Position numbers and translations under genes: made by a program | DNA from: an uncultured Parcubacteria group bacterium | Lineage (GTDB): Bacteria; Patescibacteriota; Minisyncoccia; Phycocordibacterales; UBA2100 | Reading direction: 5' to 3' | Assembly (NCBI GenBank): GCA_947085915.1 | Contig: CAMTYD010000028.1 | Span: forward strand, 1 to 48,730 | DNA: 48,730 bases | Shown here: piece after piece, positions 41,004 to 48,730 of the stretch | Layout of the letters: each line of letters begins with the position of its first letter | How positions within the stretch are numbered: position 1 is the first letter of the stretch | The notes under the pieces: generated by a model | The model's database searches: none | Told to the model about the DNA's origin: nothing | The model's input: the letters and a program-made list of their open reading frames with translations, nothing else

Positions 41004-42791
41004 TTATCCCCGGCGTGAACGTGAACGGTCAATTTCTGTAAGTGCCTGTTTTCTGAGACGGACAGAGGCCGGTGTGATTTCCAAATACTCATCTTCGGTC
41101 ATGACTTCGAGACCGCGTTCGATGGTGAGCTCGAATGGAGGTATGAGGTTGATTGCTTCGTCAGCACCGCTGGAGCGCATGTTGCTGAGCTGTTTCCCTT
41201 TTGTCGGATTGACCATCATCTCTTCACCCTTGGATGTATTGCCGATAACCATACCCTCGTATACCTCCACAGCGGGACCGATGTACATGACGCCACGGTC
41301 TTGCAAATTCCAGAGTGAGAATCCGAGTGCCTTGCCGCTTGCCATCGATATCATTGAGCCCACCTGTTTCTTCTTGATTTCTCCCGCGTGTGGCTTGAAT
41401 CCGATGACGCGACTCGAGAGAATTCCCTCGCCCTTCGTATCGAGTACAAACTGATTTTTGTAGCCGAGGAGTCCGCGAGTCGGGCCTTCGAAGATGAGAC
41501 GGACGCTGTCGTCGTGCACTTTCATGTCTTTCATGACAAACTTGCGCGTCCCGAGTCGTTCAATGATCGAGCCCTGATATTCGCTCGGCGTGTCGACGAT
41601 GACCTCCTCATAGGGCTCCATTTTCTGTCCATTCTCTTCGCGGATGATGACCTGAGGCTGTGACACCTGGAGTTCAAATCCTTCGCGGCGCATGTTCTCC
41701 ACGAGAATTGCAATGTGCAGTTCGCCGCGGCCGGATACCTTGAAGGTATCCCCTCCGGAGAAGTCGACGCGGAGTCCCACGTTGATCTCGAGTTCTTTCT
41801 CGAGCCGGTCGCGGATTTGGCGCGTGGTGACGAATTTTCCTTCGCGCCCGCCGAACGGAGAGTTGTTGACGAGAAAGTTGAGTGTGATGGTCGGCTCATC
41901 AATCGCAATCGCCGGAAGCGGTTCGACATTCTGGTCATTGGTTATGGTCTCGCCGATGAAGATATCGGAGAGTCCTGCGATGAGCACGATGTCGCCCGCC
42001 TGCACTTCCGTTACCTCCTCTTTTTTAAGCCCGCGGAACGTGTACATCTTGGTAATCTTGCCCGCGCGGGTCTCGCCGGAAGGCTTCTTCACGAACACCG
42101 TGTCGCCCATCTTCAGGGTGCCTTCGTAAATGCGTGTGATAGCGAGACGACCGAGAAAGTTGTCGTATCCGAGATTAAACGGCTGCGCACGAAGCGGCTC
42201 CGCAAGGCTATGTCCTTCGGATGCCGGCTTCACATGCTCGAGTACGACGTCGAGGAGAGGAAAGAGATCACAGGACTCATCTTCGAGGAGGCGCTTGGCG
42301 ATACCCTGTTTGCCGATCGCATAGACGACGGGAAATTCCGCCTGAAGATCGGACGCGCCGAGCTCGAGGAAAAGCTCAAGAACCTGTTCTTCGGCTCGCT
42401 TGGGATTTGCCGCAGGCTTGTCTATCTTATTGATAACGACAATCGGACGGAGCCCGAGCTCGAGTGACTTCTTGAGCACGAATCGCGTCTGAGGCATCGG
42501 CCCTTCCTGCGCATCGACGACGAGCAGCACTGAGTCGATCGAGCGGAGCACGCGCTCAACCTCTGAACCGAAGTCGGCATGGCCCGGCGTATCGACGATA
42601 TTGATTTTGGTGTCTTTGTAGAAAATAGCGGCGTTCTTGGAATATATGGTGATGCCGCGCTCGAGTTCGAGCGCGTTTGAGTCCATTGACACCCCCTCTT
42701 CGCCGACGCCAGTCTGTTTCAGGATAGCATCGGTGAGGGTCGTCTTTCCGTGGTCGACGTGAGCGATAATAGCTATGTTTCGGATTTCCAT
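41004..42791 (-). CDS. typA: Translational GTPase TypA/BipA
   Basis: [28 protein letters not shown] and NKIDK, with EF-G-like domains. Start is taken at MEIRN (42791). Confidence 0.95.
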   Translation of the reverse strand: MEIRNIAIIAHVDHGKTTLTDAILKQTGVGEEGVSMDSNALELERGITIYSKNAAIFYKDTKINIVDTPGHADFGSEVERVLRSIDSVLLVVDAQEGPMPQTRFVLKKSLELGLRPIVVINKIDKPAANPKRAEEQVLELFLELGASDLQAEFPVVYAIGKQGIAKRLLEDESCDLFPLLDVVLEHVKPASEGHSLAEPLRAQPFNLGYDNFLGRLAITRIYEGTLKMGDTVFVKKPSGETRAGKITKMYTFRGLKKEEVTEVQAGDIVLIAGLSDIFIGETITNDQNVEPLPAIAIDEPTITLNFLVNNSPFGGREGKFVTTRQIRDRLEKELEINVGLRVDFSGGDTFKVSGRGELHIAILVENMRREGFELQVSQPQVIIREENGQKMEPYEEVIVDTPSEYQGSIIERLGTRKFVMKDMKVHDDSVRLIFEGPTRGLLGYKNQFVLDTKGEGILSSRVIGFKPHAGEIKKKQVGSMISMASGKALGFSLWNLQDRGVMYIGPAVEVYEGMVIGNTSKGEEMMVNPTKGKQLSNMRSSGADEAINLIPPFELTIERGLEVMTEDEYLEITPASVRLRKQALTEIDRSRSRRG

Positions 42792-42798
42792 GGTGTTT

Positions 42799-42825
42799 AA
42801 AGCAAAATGCCTCGTTGCCGAGGCA
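42799..42825 (-). terminator. Intrinsic-terminator-like hairpin plus U-tract downstream of the dsbA-like gene and about 8 nt upstream of the typA ATG
   Basis: The minus strand reads tgcctcg-gcaa-cgaggca followed by ttttgcttt. Confidence 0.5.
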
Positions 42826-42873
42826 CCGAGGCTCAATTGTGCCTTATTTGAAGCTTTTAGTCAACAAATTGAA

Positions 42874-43596
42874 TCAGAGTTGCGGGTCGATGGCGCTCTT
42901 GAAAGTCGAGAGTTCGGCAGCGCCCGGGATGAGCGTCTTGCCCGTGATGAAGCCCGGAGTGCCGCTGATACCGAACTTGCCTGCCTCGACCCGGTCTGCG
43001 TCTATTTCGCCCTGATACTTTTCTTTGTTTGCCGCCACATCTGCTTTTACTCTTGCTGCGTCCATTCCCGAAATACCTTTCGTGAGCGTCACAATGCTTG
43101 CCTCATTGCCAAAACCACCATGCTCTTCGTCCTGAGCCTTGTACATAGCCTCACGCCATTCAAAATATTTCGAAGGATAGAGGATCCACACGGACCGGCC
43201 GTAAAGTGCAGCAGTCGTGGAATCTTCGCTCAAGAATGCAAAGTCTTTAAATACTAGTTTGAGCTTGCCCGTATCCACATACTCTTTGATAACCCCAGGG
43301 AGTGCCGCCTCTATAGGTATCTGAGGGATGCCGCCCGTTTCAACAGCTTTGCAGTAAGGACACTGATAGTCAGACCAGTATGCAAGTACGACTTTCGCGT
43401 CTTTATTGCCGATGTAAGGGGCACCATCGATTTTCACATCTTTGATGTCTACAGCGACTGTGGGTTCACCGCCTTGTGAGACCGGGCCGCCATTTGAAAG
43501 GCCGAGATACAAACCGCCGCCGACGAGAATACCCGCGATGACAATAGAGATTGGAAGATACAGAGCCGAATAATCGCGAGCTGTTGCTGGTGGCAT
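42874..43596 (-). CDS. DsbA-family thiol:disulfide oxidoreductase, membrane-anchored
   Basis: TM segment LYLPISIVIAGILVGGGLYL and the CPYC active site in YWSDYQCPYCK. Start is taken at ATG 43596. Confidence 0.85.
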   Translation of the reverse strand: MPPATARDYSALYLPISIVIAGILVGGGLYLGLSNGGPVSQGGEPTVAVDIKDVKIDGAPYIGNKDAKVVLAYWSDYQCPYCKAVETGGIPQIPIEAALPGVIKEYVDTGKLKLVFKDFAFLSEDSTTAALYGRSVWILYPSKYFEWREAMYKAQDEEHGGFGNEASIVTLTKGISGMDAARVKADVAANKEKYQGEIDADRVEAGKFGISGTPGFITGKTLIPGAAELSTFKSAIDPQL

Positions 43597-43605
43597 AATC
43601 CGCAC

Positions 43606-43611
43606 AGTATA
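43606..43611 (-). promoter_or_regulatory. Candidate -10 box (TATACT) 9 nt upstream of the dsbA-like ATG, with TTGGAT 18 nt further upstream
   Basis: The minus strand reads ttggat-N18-tatact-gtgcggatt-ATG. Confidence 0.3.
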
Positions 43612-43715
43612 CACGAACCCACAGATTGCATCCAATGGAATCTGTGGATTCGCGAGCGAATGAACACATTCGAGTCTTGGACTAGCCGTTGCCAAAATAC
43701 TGCTGCATATTTGCC

Positions 43716-45221
43716 TTACATCGCCACAAGCATTCCGTTGAGCTTCGCACGTGTCTTGGGCCCGATTTGGCCATACCCCGCGACACCCGGCTTTGCGATG
43801 CCATATTTCACTTGGAACTTCTGTATCGCCCGTACCGTGAGCGAACCTATGCGAGTAGTCTCGTTGCCCGGTGACCCGACGCCGCTCAAGGCGACGCGGG
43901 TTGCCGCATCTGAATTGAGAAGTCGTTGCAGCGTGCGGACATCCTCGCCGACAGAGCCCATACGAAGAGTGCGGATGATTTGTGCAGCCGTGATTTTTGG
44001 CGCGGGGACGGCGGGCTTGTCGTTCGGGTCTTTAATGGCGACACCCGCGAGCACGTTCCACGTATTCTGGTCCTGCCCACCATCGAATTTGAATATCGAG
44101 ATGCCGCGGACGCCGAGCCTCTTGGCGAGATCTATCTTCTGCTGCATCGATTGTGCGTCCGGCCATGTAAGCATCCGATATGTGACATTAGAATTTTGCT
44201 GGGTCGCAAACGTGCTCGCTGCAGCTGCCGCCGCATTTCCCAGTTGAGTTTGTGACATGGGAGTCGTTGATGTGGGGAAATTCGTGAAGTAGGTGAAGTA
44301 CATCTCACCGGAGGAATTACGTACCGGCGTAATACCTTGTTGCTGAGCTATGGGTAGCGCGTACCCCGGATTGAAGGTCCAAAGAATGTCGTACACGTGC
44401 TCATTGTTTGCATAAGTCGTGACCGCATACTCATACCCGTACGTAGGCACGCCGATAAGTATCTTATTTTTATCGATATCCTTCGACATGTGGTTCACGA
44501 CCTTCTCCACCCAGCGCGGGTCAGCGACGGGCCCGTGGAGTTCCCCGGTTGCCTCGACTTCTGCCGCGAGCTTACGGTCAATGCGCTGCTGGTCATACGC
44601 CATGAGTCGTACACGGTCGCAATGCTGATTTATTACCTGAAGGTCGTTTGAGAAGATCCCGGTATCCGCCGGAATGCTTGTACCATAATATCGGTCGGAG
44701 TCCGGTATGCGAGTCTCAATAGTACACATCAACCATTTGTTGCCCAACTCCTGTTTGAGCTCTTTGAGGAAGGCCGAGAAGTGGTCTTTGGTCTTGGCGT
44801 ACTTGAACTCAAAGTCTATGTCTATGCCGTCGTAGCCGCGCGTGTTTACGAGCGTGCCGATTTCGTTGACGAGCCGAGTTCGCAGTACTTGGTCGCTCAA
44901 GACCTTGTGCATTGTTTCGCGGTCTCCCGACATCAAGGTCGGTATCACCCGTACGCCCTTATTTTTGGCTTCCGCATTGAATGCGAGCCAGAGAGGCTCA
45001 TCAGTAGGGGTGCCATTGTCAAAAAGCGTACCGTCGCCTCGGAGCGTAAACACGAACGGATTGACCTCGGTAAGTTTATCTAAATGCGGCAAGGTATTCG
45101 TCGTACCTGTAGCCACGCGCCAGTATGGTATCCAGCCCGTCACTTCGAATGAAGTCGCGGCCGATGTCTGAAGCGGCAATGCGAAAAATAATGCAGACAA
45201 AAAGAGTAAGGAATATCTCAT
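43716..45221 (-). CDS. Secreted glycoside hydrolase family 18 protein with a C-terminal peptidoglycan-binding domain (PG_binding_1)
   Basis: Signal peptide LLFLSALFFALPLQTSA. YDGIDIDFEF is the GH18 DxxDxDxE motif. The C-terminus carries GSVGEDVRTLQRLLN...AIQKFQVKYGI. Confidence 0.88.
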   Translation of the reverse strand: MRYSLLFLSALFFALPLQTSAATSFEVTGWIPYWRVATGTTNTLPHLDKLTEVNPFVFTLRGDGTLFDNGTPTDEPLWLAFNAEAKNKGVRVIPTLMSGDRETMHKVLSDQVLRTRLVNEIGTLVNTRGYDGIDIDFEFKYAKTKDHFSAFLKELKQELGNKWLMCTIETRIPDSDRYYGTSIPADTGIFSNDLQVINQHCDRVRLMAYDQQRIDRKLAAEVEATGELHGPVADPRWVEKVVNHMSKDIDKNKILIGVPTYGYEYAVTTYANNEHVYDILWTFNPGYALPIAQQQGITPVRNSSGEMYFTYFTNFPTSTTPMSQTQLGNAAAAAASTFATQQNSNVTYRMLTWPDAQSMQQKIDLAKRLGVRGISIFKFDGGQDQNTWNVLAGVAIKDPNDKPAVPAPKITAAQIIRTLRMGSVGEDVRTLQRLLNSDAATRVALSGVGSPGNETTRIGSLTVRAIQKFQVKYGIAKPGVAGYGQIGPKTRAKLNGMLVAM

Positions 45222-45368
45222 ACCCGGTTAGTAGAATGTGCCTTTGCGGCAGACGGCACGCCGTTCTGCCGCGGTGTGATACATGAGCGGTCGAAGGTTG
45301 CACTTTGGATACGGTCACTGTTTGTTTGCATACGATGTTGAAACCCAAGGCACATTACACTACCGGGT
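45222..45368 (-). promoter_or_regulatory. Structured ~150-nt 5' leader of the GH18 gene (unclassified cis-regulatory RNA candidate)
   Basis: A 20-bp closing helix joins 45222-45242 and 45349-45368 (one mismatch, one bulge) and abuts the ATG. Inside it is a strong hairpin, gcggcaga(c)ggc..gccgttctgccgc, at 45246-45272. The flanking genes are both on the minus strand. Confidence 0.45.
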
Positions 45369-45457
45369 CATATCTTCTATGACGTCCTAGTGTAGCAAAA
45401 ATTACAGGCGGCACAGCGCGGCAGACGTGAGGATAAAGAATCCCGGGCAGAGAAATT

Positions 45458-46111
45458 CTAATACCAGGTCTCTTTTCCGTCGCCGGAGAGTGGGATTGTC
45501 GGTCCCAGATATTTCGGCTGACGATTCATGAGCACATCTAGAAACGCTTTTATGGATGCGGGAATTTCACGCATGTAATCAGAGGGCGAGCGTTCTCCTC
45601 CTTCTGCGACAACGCCGTATGCATCAAGCCCCAGCTGTCGCGCTATCCAGAGCGCGCGCGGGAGATGAAAATCCTGAGTAACAATCGTGACTGAGCGTAC
45701 GAGAAACACTTCGCGCGCGCGATACATGCTGCTGTACGTATCAAATCCTGCATGGTCGAGGAAAATATCTTCCGGTTCCACTCCTGCGCCAAGGAGATAC
45801 TTCCGTACCGGGGTAACCTCATCGTGCGTGAGAGCACCGTTATCACCCGTCACAAGAATCTTTCCCACCTTGCCTGCTTTGTAGAGTGTAATCGCTGCAT
45901 TTGCACGCTCGGCGAGTATGGGAGATGGGACGCCGCGAAAGACAGATGCTCCTAGGACAAGGGCGACCTCAGTATCCGGGACTTCATCGACGGCAAGGGC
46001 TATATACCGGTCAACAAAAAAACGCATCAATATGGGCACCATCATCGCCAGCACGATGAAGCCAAGCAACGCGACAAATCCGATCCGATAGTACCTACGG
46101 ACGAAGTGCAT
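45458..46111 (-). CDS. SanA/YdcF (DUF218) family protein
   Basis: N-terminal TM segment, then ALVLGASV...PSPILAERANAAITLYKAGKVGKILVTGDNG...YSSMYRA. Confidence 0.85.
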   Translation of the reverse strand: MHFVRRYYRIGFVALLGFIVLAMMVPILMRFFVDRYIALAVDEVPDTEVALVLGASVFRGVPSPILAERANAAITLYKAGKVGKILVTGDNGALTHDEVTPVRKYLLGAGVEPEDIFLDHAGFDTYSSMYRAREVFLVRSVTIVTQDFHLPRALWIARQLGLDAYGVVAEGGERSPSDYMREIPASIKAFLDVLMNRQPKYLGPTIPLSGDGKETWY

Positions 46112-46153
46112 AGATGGGTATTATGCACCGAAGTATGGGAAATTCACCTTCCC

Positions 46154-46175
46154 GCCCGCACGTGTTCGTGCGGGC
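46154..46175 (-). terminator. GC-rich hairpin downstream of the IPT/PKD gene (no U-tract)
   Basis: gcccgcacg-tgtt-cgtgcgggc forms a 9-bp perfect stem. Confidence 0.3.
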
Positions 46176-46241
46176 ATGACACTCTTCGTATCTGCCTCCG
46201 GCAGACACTCGGCCCCTACGGGCGCCTCGCGGCGGTGTCAG

Positions 46242-48062
46242 CTATTGCTGCACCTGGAACATCAACGTCTGAGTCGTACCCGCACTATTCGTCACGTAGA
46301 GTTGTACAGGACCCGGGACAATCTGCTGGACGTTTTGCGCACATACCGTGTTGCTGCTCGGAATCACGATGTCACATGGCGAGACGTACGCCGGAATCGT
46401 GTAGTAGATGGTCGTGCCGTTGTTGAAGGAAGGTACGTGAAGAGTGCCGCCGATGCCGAAGCGCACGGTGTTATCGAGCGCGTTGAATCCTGTCCCCTGC
46501 AACATCACCTGAGTACCCACGCGACCCGAGGTCGGCGTGAGGTACGAGAGTGAGACATTGCCCGAAGTGTTGCTGCCTGTGACCGTGACCGATGCCGTCG
46601 CGGTGTTTTGCTGACCTGAGCTATTCGCAACAGTGAATACTGCATTGTAAGTACCCGGGGTGTTGTATGTGTGAGTGAAAGTAAGAGTATTTGTGCCGGA
46701 GACGTAGGTTGTCTGCGGAGAAGAGCTGTAAGTGTACGCGCCCTCATCCCCCCAGCGAACCGAAGTCGTGAGGTAGGTATTGTTCTGGTTGTTCACGACG
46801 ATAGTCCATGTACCCGAAGTGCCTGTGGTAAGCGATGTCGGACCGTTGACGCTCGAGATAATCGGCGCTCCATATGAGCCGCCTGTGGACGTCACCGAGA
46901 AAGGAAGCGCGTTGCTCGTCTGACCATTAGCAGTGGAGACCGATACATTGTAGGTTCCGAGGGTTACGTACTGCGATGTCGAACCCGAAAGCTGTGAAGG
47001 GACGACAAACGAGATGGTGCGGCCGTCAAACGAGCTCAAGCCCGTAATGATGCCACCTCCGAAGCGGACGGTGTTACCCGAGTAGCTAAATCCTGAGCCA
47101 TAGATGGTGACCGTGCTACCGACTGCGCCGGATGTCGGATTGAGGTACGTGATGTTTGGATTGTTTGTGGTGGGTGGGCAGTATGTCGAGCCGTAAGAAC
47201 CGTAGTTGTACGGATAGGTATTACAACCGTACGTTGCGATGACGCTGAACGTGAGCGTATTGCTCGTACCACGGGAATTCGTGACGTAGACACCAAGGCT
47301 ACCGGGAGTGGCTGCTACCGGTACGGTGACCGTCAGAGATGTTCCGTTGATCGATGGGACATTTGCGATTGGCTGATTCCCGAAGTAGACGGTGTTGTTG
47401 TAATAGTCGAGATTCGTACCATAGATGGTGATGCTCGTACCCGCCTGACCGGAAACCGGCGAGAGCGAGGTAAGCGTAACTCCGTAGCCGTAGTTGTTCG
47501 TGTTGTTGTTACAAGTGTAGGGATACGTGTAGTAACAATTCGTGTTCGTATTGTTGTTGTAATTATTATTGTTGTTGTACGTGTACGTCGGGACTGTCGA
47601 ATAATTGTACGGACTGTAATTATTGTATCCCGAAGACCCGCCACCCTGGCCGGGCAGGCAGCTTACGCGTGCGATGGCTGCGCGTGTCGAAGCATCAACG
47701 ACTCCCGTCTGTGACAATCCCTGCTCCATCTGGAAATTTCGAACCGCTGTCTGTGTCGCTAGTCTGAAATTGCCCGTGATCATCCACGCACCGCCACCGG
47801 GATAATTGCGGCTCACGAGGAAGGTCTGCAGAAGTCTGACTTGGGCTCCGCTTGAGCCGTACGAGAGGTCAGATACGAGATTAACGCAGGCACCGTAGTA
47901 CGGCTGCTGATATGTGGTTTGGTACGGTTGATAAGCCGTCTGCGCCGGTGTCTGATACGTGGTCGGGCCGTAGGTGTAAGTCGGGAAATAGCTTTGAGCC
48001 GAGGCGACATTTGCCCCAAACGCGATGACGATTACGAGCGAGGAAACGATGATTTTGTTCAT
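46242..48062 (-). CDS. Secreted multi-domain protein: PG_binding_1 domain, Asn/Tyr-rich linkers, three IPT/TIG-like domains and one PKD-like domain
   Basis: Signal peptide IVSSLVIVIAFGANVASA. GAQVRLLQTFLV...AVRNFQMEQGL is the PG-binding domain. Three repeats follow the pattern L.P.SG..G..V.I.G.GF....NTV.FG. The PKD-like domain carries WGDEG...HTYNTPGTYN. Confidence 0.85.
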   Translation of the reverse strand: MNKIIVSSLVIVIAFGANVASAQSYFPTYTYGPTTYQTPAQTAYQPYQTTYQQPYYGACVNLVSDLSYGSSGAQVRLLQTFLVSRNYPGGGAWMITGNFRLATQTAVRNFQMEQGLSQTGVVDASTRAAIARVSCLPGQGGGSSGYNNYSPYNYSTVPTYTYNNNNNYNNNTNTNCYYTYPYTCNNNTNNYGYGVTLTSLSPVSGQAGTSITIYGTNLDYYNNTVYFGNQPIANVPSINGTSLTVTVPVAATPGSLGVYVTNSRGTSNTLTFSVIATYGCNTYPYNYGSYGSTYCPPTTNNPNITYLNPTSGAVGSTVTIYGSGFSYSGNTVRFGGGIITGLSSFDGRTISFVVPSQLSGSTSQYVTLGTYNVSVSTANGQTSNALPFSVTSTGGSYGAPIISSVNGPTSLTTGTSGTWTIVVNNQNNTYLTTSVRWGDEGAYTYSSSPQTTYVSGTNTLTFTHTYNTPGTYNAVFTVANSSGQQNTATASVTVTGSNTSGNVSLSYLTPTSGRVGTQVMLQGTGFNALDNTVRFGIGGTLHVPSFNNGTTIYYTIPAYVSPCDIVIPSSNTVCAQNVQQIVPGPVQLYVTNSAGTTQTLMFQVQQ

Positions 48063-48283
48063 AAGTATCTAAAATGTGGCTCTCTGCCAGTCTTTTTTGC
48101 TTGACCTATTGTTAATATCGGGTGGTAATGTGCCCACTATGCAACAGTATAGATTTTTATGCAAGTTTTTCACGTGAAGACATGAAAGGAGGAAAATCCG
48201 TGCCCGTGTCGGGAGTCCGGACATTATTTCGGAACTATGTACTTATAAACACCGACCGGAGTTTATGAGTACATACAACTCAC

Positions 48284-48730
48284 CTAACGCGAGAAACGAC
48301 GGGGGCCGCGGGATGGTGCACGCGATGACGAGGAGCGAGAGGAAGAGCTGCGTGGACGGCTTCCGAAGCCGGAACCTCCTCTTGGAGTGTAGCCTCCCGG
48401 TTGTGGGCGTGAAAATCTTCGTGGCCGGTCGTCGTCTACGTATGGTTGTGCAGCGCGCGCGGGTGGCAATGCAGGAAGTGCGGTGATGGGCACCGTCTTT
48501 CGGATGAGATTCTCGATATCGCGTATCTCGCGCTTCTGATGTGGCTCCGCAAATGAGATGGCATGACCCTCGGCTCCCGCGCGTGCGGTGCGGCCAATGC
48601 GGTGAACGTAATCCGAGGTATCCATCGGCAAGTCGTAATTGATGACGAGCTCAATCCCCTTCACGTCGATACCGCGTGAAGCGATGTCTGTCGCGACGAG
48701 TACGCGATACTTACCATTCAGATCGGAAGA
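48284..48730 (-). CDS. DEAD-box RNA helicase, C-terminal part (5' end lies beyond the window), with an Arg/Ser/Gly-rich tail
   Basis: The frame stays open to the window edge: ...[28 protein letters not shown]...[12 protein letters not shown] (motifs V and VI). The tail reads [36 protein letters not shown]. Confidence 0.9.
   Translation of the reverse strand, partial: SSDLNGKYRVLVATDIASRGIDVKGIELVINYDLPMDTSDYVHRIGRTARAGAEGHAISFAEPHQKREIRDIENLIRKTVPITALPALPPARAAQPYVDDDRPRRFSRPQPGGYTPRGGSGFGSRPRSSSSRSSSSRAPSRGPRRFSR

Noticed and set aside
43597-43695. An N-terminal 33-codon extension of the dsbA-like ORF
   Set aside because: The extension contains two hairpins (ccacagatt-N11-aatctgtgg and attcg-cgag-cgaat) and a promoter-like ttggat-N18-tatact. 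The internal ATG 43596 immediately precedes the TM anchor, so the extension is treated as non-coding.
45076-45348. A 90-aa minus-strand ORF beginning in the GH18 leader
   Set aside because: It starts at a TTG inside the structured leader and runs out of frame into the GH18 coding region. The GH18 frame has a signal peptide and the DxxDxDxE motif, so this is an overlapping shadow ORF.

Overview
This is a gene-dense 48.7-kb chromosomal segment of about 50 CDS plus one tRNA. It carries no transposases, integrases, CRISPR array, phage genes or recognisable defence genes. Standard code 11 fits: long ORFs are intact and TGA is used as a stop.

The content is housekeeping plus cell-envelope genes:
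- Core functions: groES-groEL, secG, RNase J, metK, glmS, typA, msrB, maf, yvcK-like, htpX, lemA.
- Two HhH-GPD DNA glycosylases.
- Several secreted or wall-associated proteins: a GH18 protein with a PG-binding domain, a PG-binding/IPT/PKD protein, a matrixin-like protease, a Gmad2 protein and a DsbA-like protein.

The mix of streamlined housekeeping genes, FemAB/Mur-ligase genes, a Gmad2 domain, a giant surface protein and almost no Shine-Dalgarno sequences suggests a small-genome, possibly CPR/Patescibacteria-like bacterium. This is inference only.

The most unusual items are:
1. A 2,408-aa secreted giant protein with an RlpA-like DPBB module, co-oriented with a Cys/Pro-rich 345-aa partner directly downstream of groESL.
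2. A DegT-aminotransferase::FemAB-transferase fusion in a three-gene operon with a MurF-like ligase and an alpha/beta hydrolase.
3. A 42-nt palindromic repeat family. It is tandem at the window start and has a third copy at 25.8 kb. The copies differ by a compensatory stem substitution.
4. A 19-bp perfect inverted repeat enclosing a nested hairpin between groEL and the Cys-rich gene.
5. A roughly 150-nt structured leader that sequesters the start codon of the GH18 gene.
6. A SAM-I-like riboswitch upstream of metK.
7. Both glycosylases lack the canonical 4Fe-4S cysteine ligands.

All family assignments come from motif recognition by eye. No searches were run.
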